From a virus (taxonomy: Duplodnaviria; Caudoviricetes): a stretch of 38,702 bases of DNA. The notes below the pieces were generated by a model. That model saw only the letters and a list, made by a program, of their open reading frames with translations. It was not told the DNA's origin and made no database searches. Positions 36,664 through 38,702 of the stretch are shown one piece after another (the first letter of the stretch is position 1; each line of letters starts with the position of its first letter). The stretch is from IMG/VR virus record IMGVR_UViG_3300036982_000387, positions 1 to 38,702 of that record; one strand, 5' to 3'. Both the position numbers and the translations under genes were made by a program.

Positions 36664-36700
36664 ATGTAACAGTTTATTCAAAGGGTCGACCCGTAAAACT
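36664..36700 (-). other. attI-like recombination site
   Basis: Minus strand AGTTTTACGGGTCGACCCTTTGAATAAACTG|TTACAT: core matches the end of the first cassette, with no attC hairpin partner. Confidence 0.6.
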
Positions 36701-36828
36701 CCGACATTTAGACGACATGATGCATTGATTTTATTGAAGTTTTTTAGCGTGTTTGGAGTTTTTCTTGGCAGGCCGCAATTCCACAAAAACCGCACTGAAA
36801 AAGTGCAAATGATTTGATATGGTGCAAT

Positions 36829-37281
36829 ATGGGTGAATCTTTTGTTGTTAATAGCGATGCAAAAGATAAAGGTTTTGCGGTTTATGCGCATGATCTTTAT
36901 GCAAAGCACAAGCATGTAACATGGACTTTTACGACTGGCGAAAAAAATAGCTGGCCGATGAAAAAAACATGGCGTATGTGGATGAGCGAGACAGCGGCTT
37001 GGATGGCTGAGAGAGGCGCTACAATGCCGCTAGTTGTTCGCGCTGACGGATCGTTTAGCGGTAGCCGTAAATTTACGCCAGAAGACGCGCACGAGCTTTG
37101 GGTGCGCACTTGGCTTGGGGTTGACGAAAATGGCGACAGATACAAAACCGCAAGCGATGACAAGGCTCAAATGCTACACATGATGAACAGGCATGTTCAA
37201 TGGGCTGCTGAGCGAGGGCTATCTTTAACGATTCCAAAAGATGGTGAATATAAAAAACTAAACGACAGGCAAGAACAATGA
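36829..37281 (+). CDS. NinB/YbcN-like protein (putative)
   Basis: WRMWMSETA...TPEDAHE...WAAERGLSLTIP...EY pattern; upstream of ninG. Confidence 0.55.
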   Translation: MGESFVVNSDAKDKGFAVYAHDLYAKHKHVTWTFTTGEKNSWPMKKTWRMWMSETAAWMAERGATMPLVVRADGSFSGSRKFTPEDAHELWVRTWLGVDENGDRYKTASDDKAQMLHMMNRHVQWAAERGLSLTIPKDGEYKKLNDRQEQ

Positions 37282-37397
37282 AATTCAGAAAGAATATAAA
37301 AAAGAAATTGAACGGAATCAACAATCGAAATATTGATCGCAATGTTGACGATCTTACAAAAAAGATAATGGCTTACATGGGGTTTGAAAAGGTATGA
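37278..37397 (+). CDS. small hypothetical protein (39 aa)
   Basis: ATGA overlaps at both ends. Confidence 0.55.
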   Translation: MKFRKNIKKKLNGINNRNIDRNVDDLTKKIMAYMGFEKV

Positions 37398-37882
37398 AAG
37401 CAGCAGTAAGGAAAGTAGAAAAAAAGCGCAGCAATGACAGCAAGAAAAAAGCGCAGTACATGAAGCGTGTTCGTGCTGGTATGCGCGGGTTTGTGTTGAG
37501 CTGGGCTAGCGATGATCCATTTTCAGAATTGAAAGAAGGCGGCGAGATTACAGACTGTAAAATTGACCATGCAAACCCGACTCAAAAACTAATTTGCATT
37601 AGTATGTGGCAACAGTGCGCGCATTGGATTGTTGAGAATGAATTTCAATGGTGTGTAATCATGCGCGTGATATTCGAAGGTGCGCCCCGTGGTGATGTGT
37701 GGGTTGATTGCGAGTTTAATTTTACATGCTCACTACGCGGTAAAAAATCAGAGATTTTGAACGATGCAATGGAATCTGCACTGATTGACGCAAAAGCAGG
37801 CAATGACGCTTACCCTGATGGGCACAAGAACAAAGGAGTATATTCTCGCTGTGAATTTCTAGCGCAGATTGTGGGGGTGTAA
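37394..37882 (+). CDS. hypothetical protein
   Basis: 162-aa ORF in a coupled operon. Confidence 0.7.
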   Translation: MKAAVRKVEKKRSNDSKKKAQYMKRVRAGMRGFVLSWASDDPFSELKEGGEITDCKIDHANPTQKLICISMWQQCAHWIVENEFQWCVIMRVIFEGAPRGDVWVDCEFNFTCSLRGKKSEILNDAMESALIDAKAGNDAYPDGHKNKGVYSRCEFLAQIVGV

Positions 37883-38461
37883 ATGAATAGAGTACCGAAG
37901 CCGAGAAAATGCCTTAGCCCAGCTTGCAGGCAGCTATTCACGCCAGTACGCAAGGGGCTATCGCTTACAAAGTATTGTTGCGCTGCTTGTGAGCTTGACC
38001 ACGCCGAAGCAAGCGGGCATCTAAGGGGTAAGGCTAAGCCAAAAGTAAAGAAGCCTAAAACGGCTGCTAAGCTGAAAAAAGAGCTATGGCCTATATTTAG
38101 TTTGCACCAAAAATTAGTTCATAGCGCGGACGGTGAATGGTGCCAGTGCTACACATGCGAATCTGCCATCAAGATCGGAACCATTAACTGTCAAGGCGGC
38201 CACTGCGTACCGAAGGGAGCCTATAAGAATCTTTACTTTGATGAGCGCGCAGTCCGCCCCCAGTGCTACTCATGTAATATTAATTACGGCGGTATGCACT
38301 ATGACTTCTGCGAAAAGTTAAGGATTGAGATAGGGCTGGAAGCGTTTAACGATATGATGCGTCATGGCAAAGACGCGGTAAAACGAAGTGCGCTATGGTA
38401 TCAAGATCAAATTGACTACTACAGCAAAGAAGTTTTAAAAATCAAAGAGGCTAAAAAATGA
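37883..38461 (+). CDS. ninG: NinG/Rap-like recombination endonuclease
   Basis: KPRKC...C...F.P...C...C N-terminus; CYTC...GGH...LYFDE...PQCYSCN. Confidence 0.8.
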   Translation: MNRVPKPRKCLSPACRQLFTPVRKGLSLTKYCCAACELDHAEASGHLRGKAKPKVKKPKTAAKLKKELWPIFSLHQKLVHSADGEWCQCYTCESAIKIGTINCQGGHCVPKGAYKNLYFDERAVRPQCYSCNINYGGMHYDFCEKLRIEIGLEAFNDMMRHGKDAVKRSALWYQDQIDYYSKEVLKIKEAKK

Positions 38462-38697
38462 GAGAACTATGCAATAGATTGTCAGCGGCTACCGGATTAA
38501 CTTTTAAGATAGACTCTGATACCTGCGAGCCTGCCGCTGAGGGCGCTGCATTGAATTACTGGTTAACGTCTTACAAAGACGGGTTTCACTTGGTAGCAAA
38601 CAGTATTTATGATGAAGTTTTTGATGGTCACGTTGGTGGTGAAGCCGGATTAATTAAGAAGATTAACGAGTTAGAAAATGATTTCAGATATGTATGA
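38458..38697 (+). CDS. hypothetical protein
   Basis: RBS GAGG, ATGA overlaps. Confidence 0.65.
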   Translation: MRELCNRLSAATGLTFKIDSDTCEPAAEGAALNYWLTSYKDGFHLVANSIYDEVFDGHVGGEAGLIKKINELENDFRYV

Positions 38698-38702
38698 AGA
38701 AT

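Larger units (their letters stand above)
33457..36700 (-). mobile_element. integron-type gene cassette array (7 attC plus attI-like site, no integrase)
   Basis: Seven imperfect palindromes with attC box architecture separate small ORFs; core sequences at the two ends of each cassette are complementary. Confidence 0.9.

Noticed and set aside
36700-36830. Pc promoter or LexA box next to the attI-like site
   Set aside because: No convincing -35/-10 pair on the minus strand and no CTGT-N8-ACAG; only a short GCACT/AGTGC inverted repeat of unknown meaning.
1-38702. Integrase, CI repressor, tRNA genes, reverse transcriptase/DGR, terminal repeats
   Set aside because: None were recognised by eye, and the window ends show no clear overlap, so genome completeness and lifestyle remain unproven.

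Overview
The window looks like a complete or near-complete, apparently circularly permuted ~38.7 kb siphovirus-type phage genome; the host is probably a Gram-negative proteobacterium, because it encodes spanins. Gene order: Rha and HNH genes, each behind a c4-like structured RNA leader; lambdoid O/P-like replication genes; a ParB/PAPS-reductase (IbrB/IbrA-like) module; terminases and head genes; an extra fibre module; a non-contractile tail; lysis genes; a leftward recombination operon; and a rightward early operon ending in NinB/NinG-like genes. I found no integrase or CI-type repressor. The main finding is at 33457-36700, an integron-type cassette array inside the rightward early operon. It has seven 80-87 bp attC sites with canonical R''/L''/L'/R' boxes and extrahelical bases, all reading on the minus strand, and one attI-like non-hairpin site at ~36664-36700. 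The two ends of each cassette carry matching core sequences, as expected after integron-integrase recombination. Unlike normal integrons, every cassette ORF is inverted relative to its attC, so it runs with phage early transcription, and the cargo is phage-like (DNA methyltransferase, HTH and Zn-ribbon mini-proteins). My inference is a phage 'reverse integron' that uses a host integrase to shuffle early genes. All protein calls come from motif recognition and synteny; no database searches were run.
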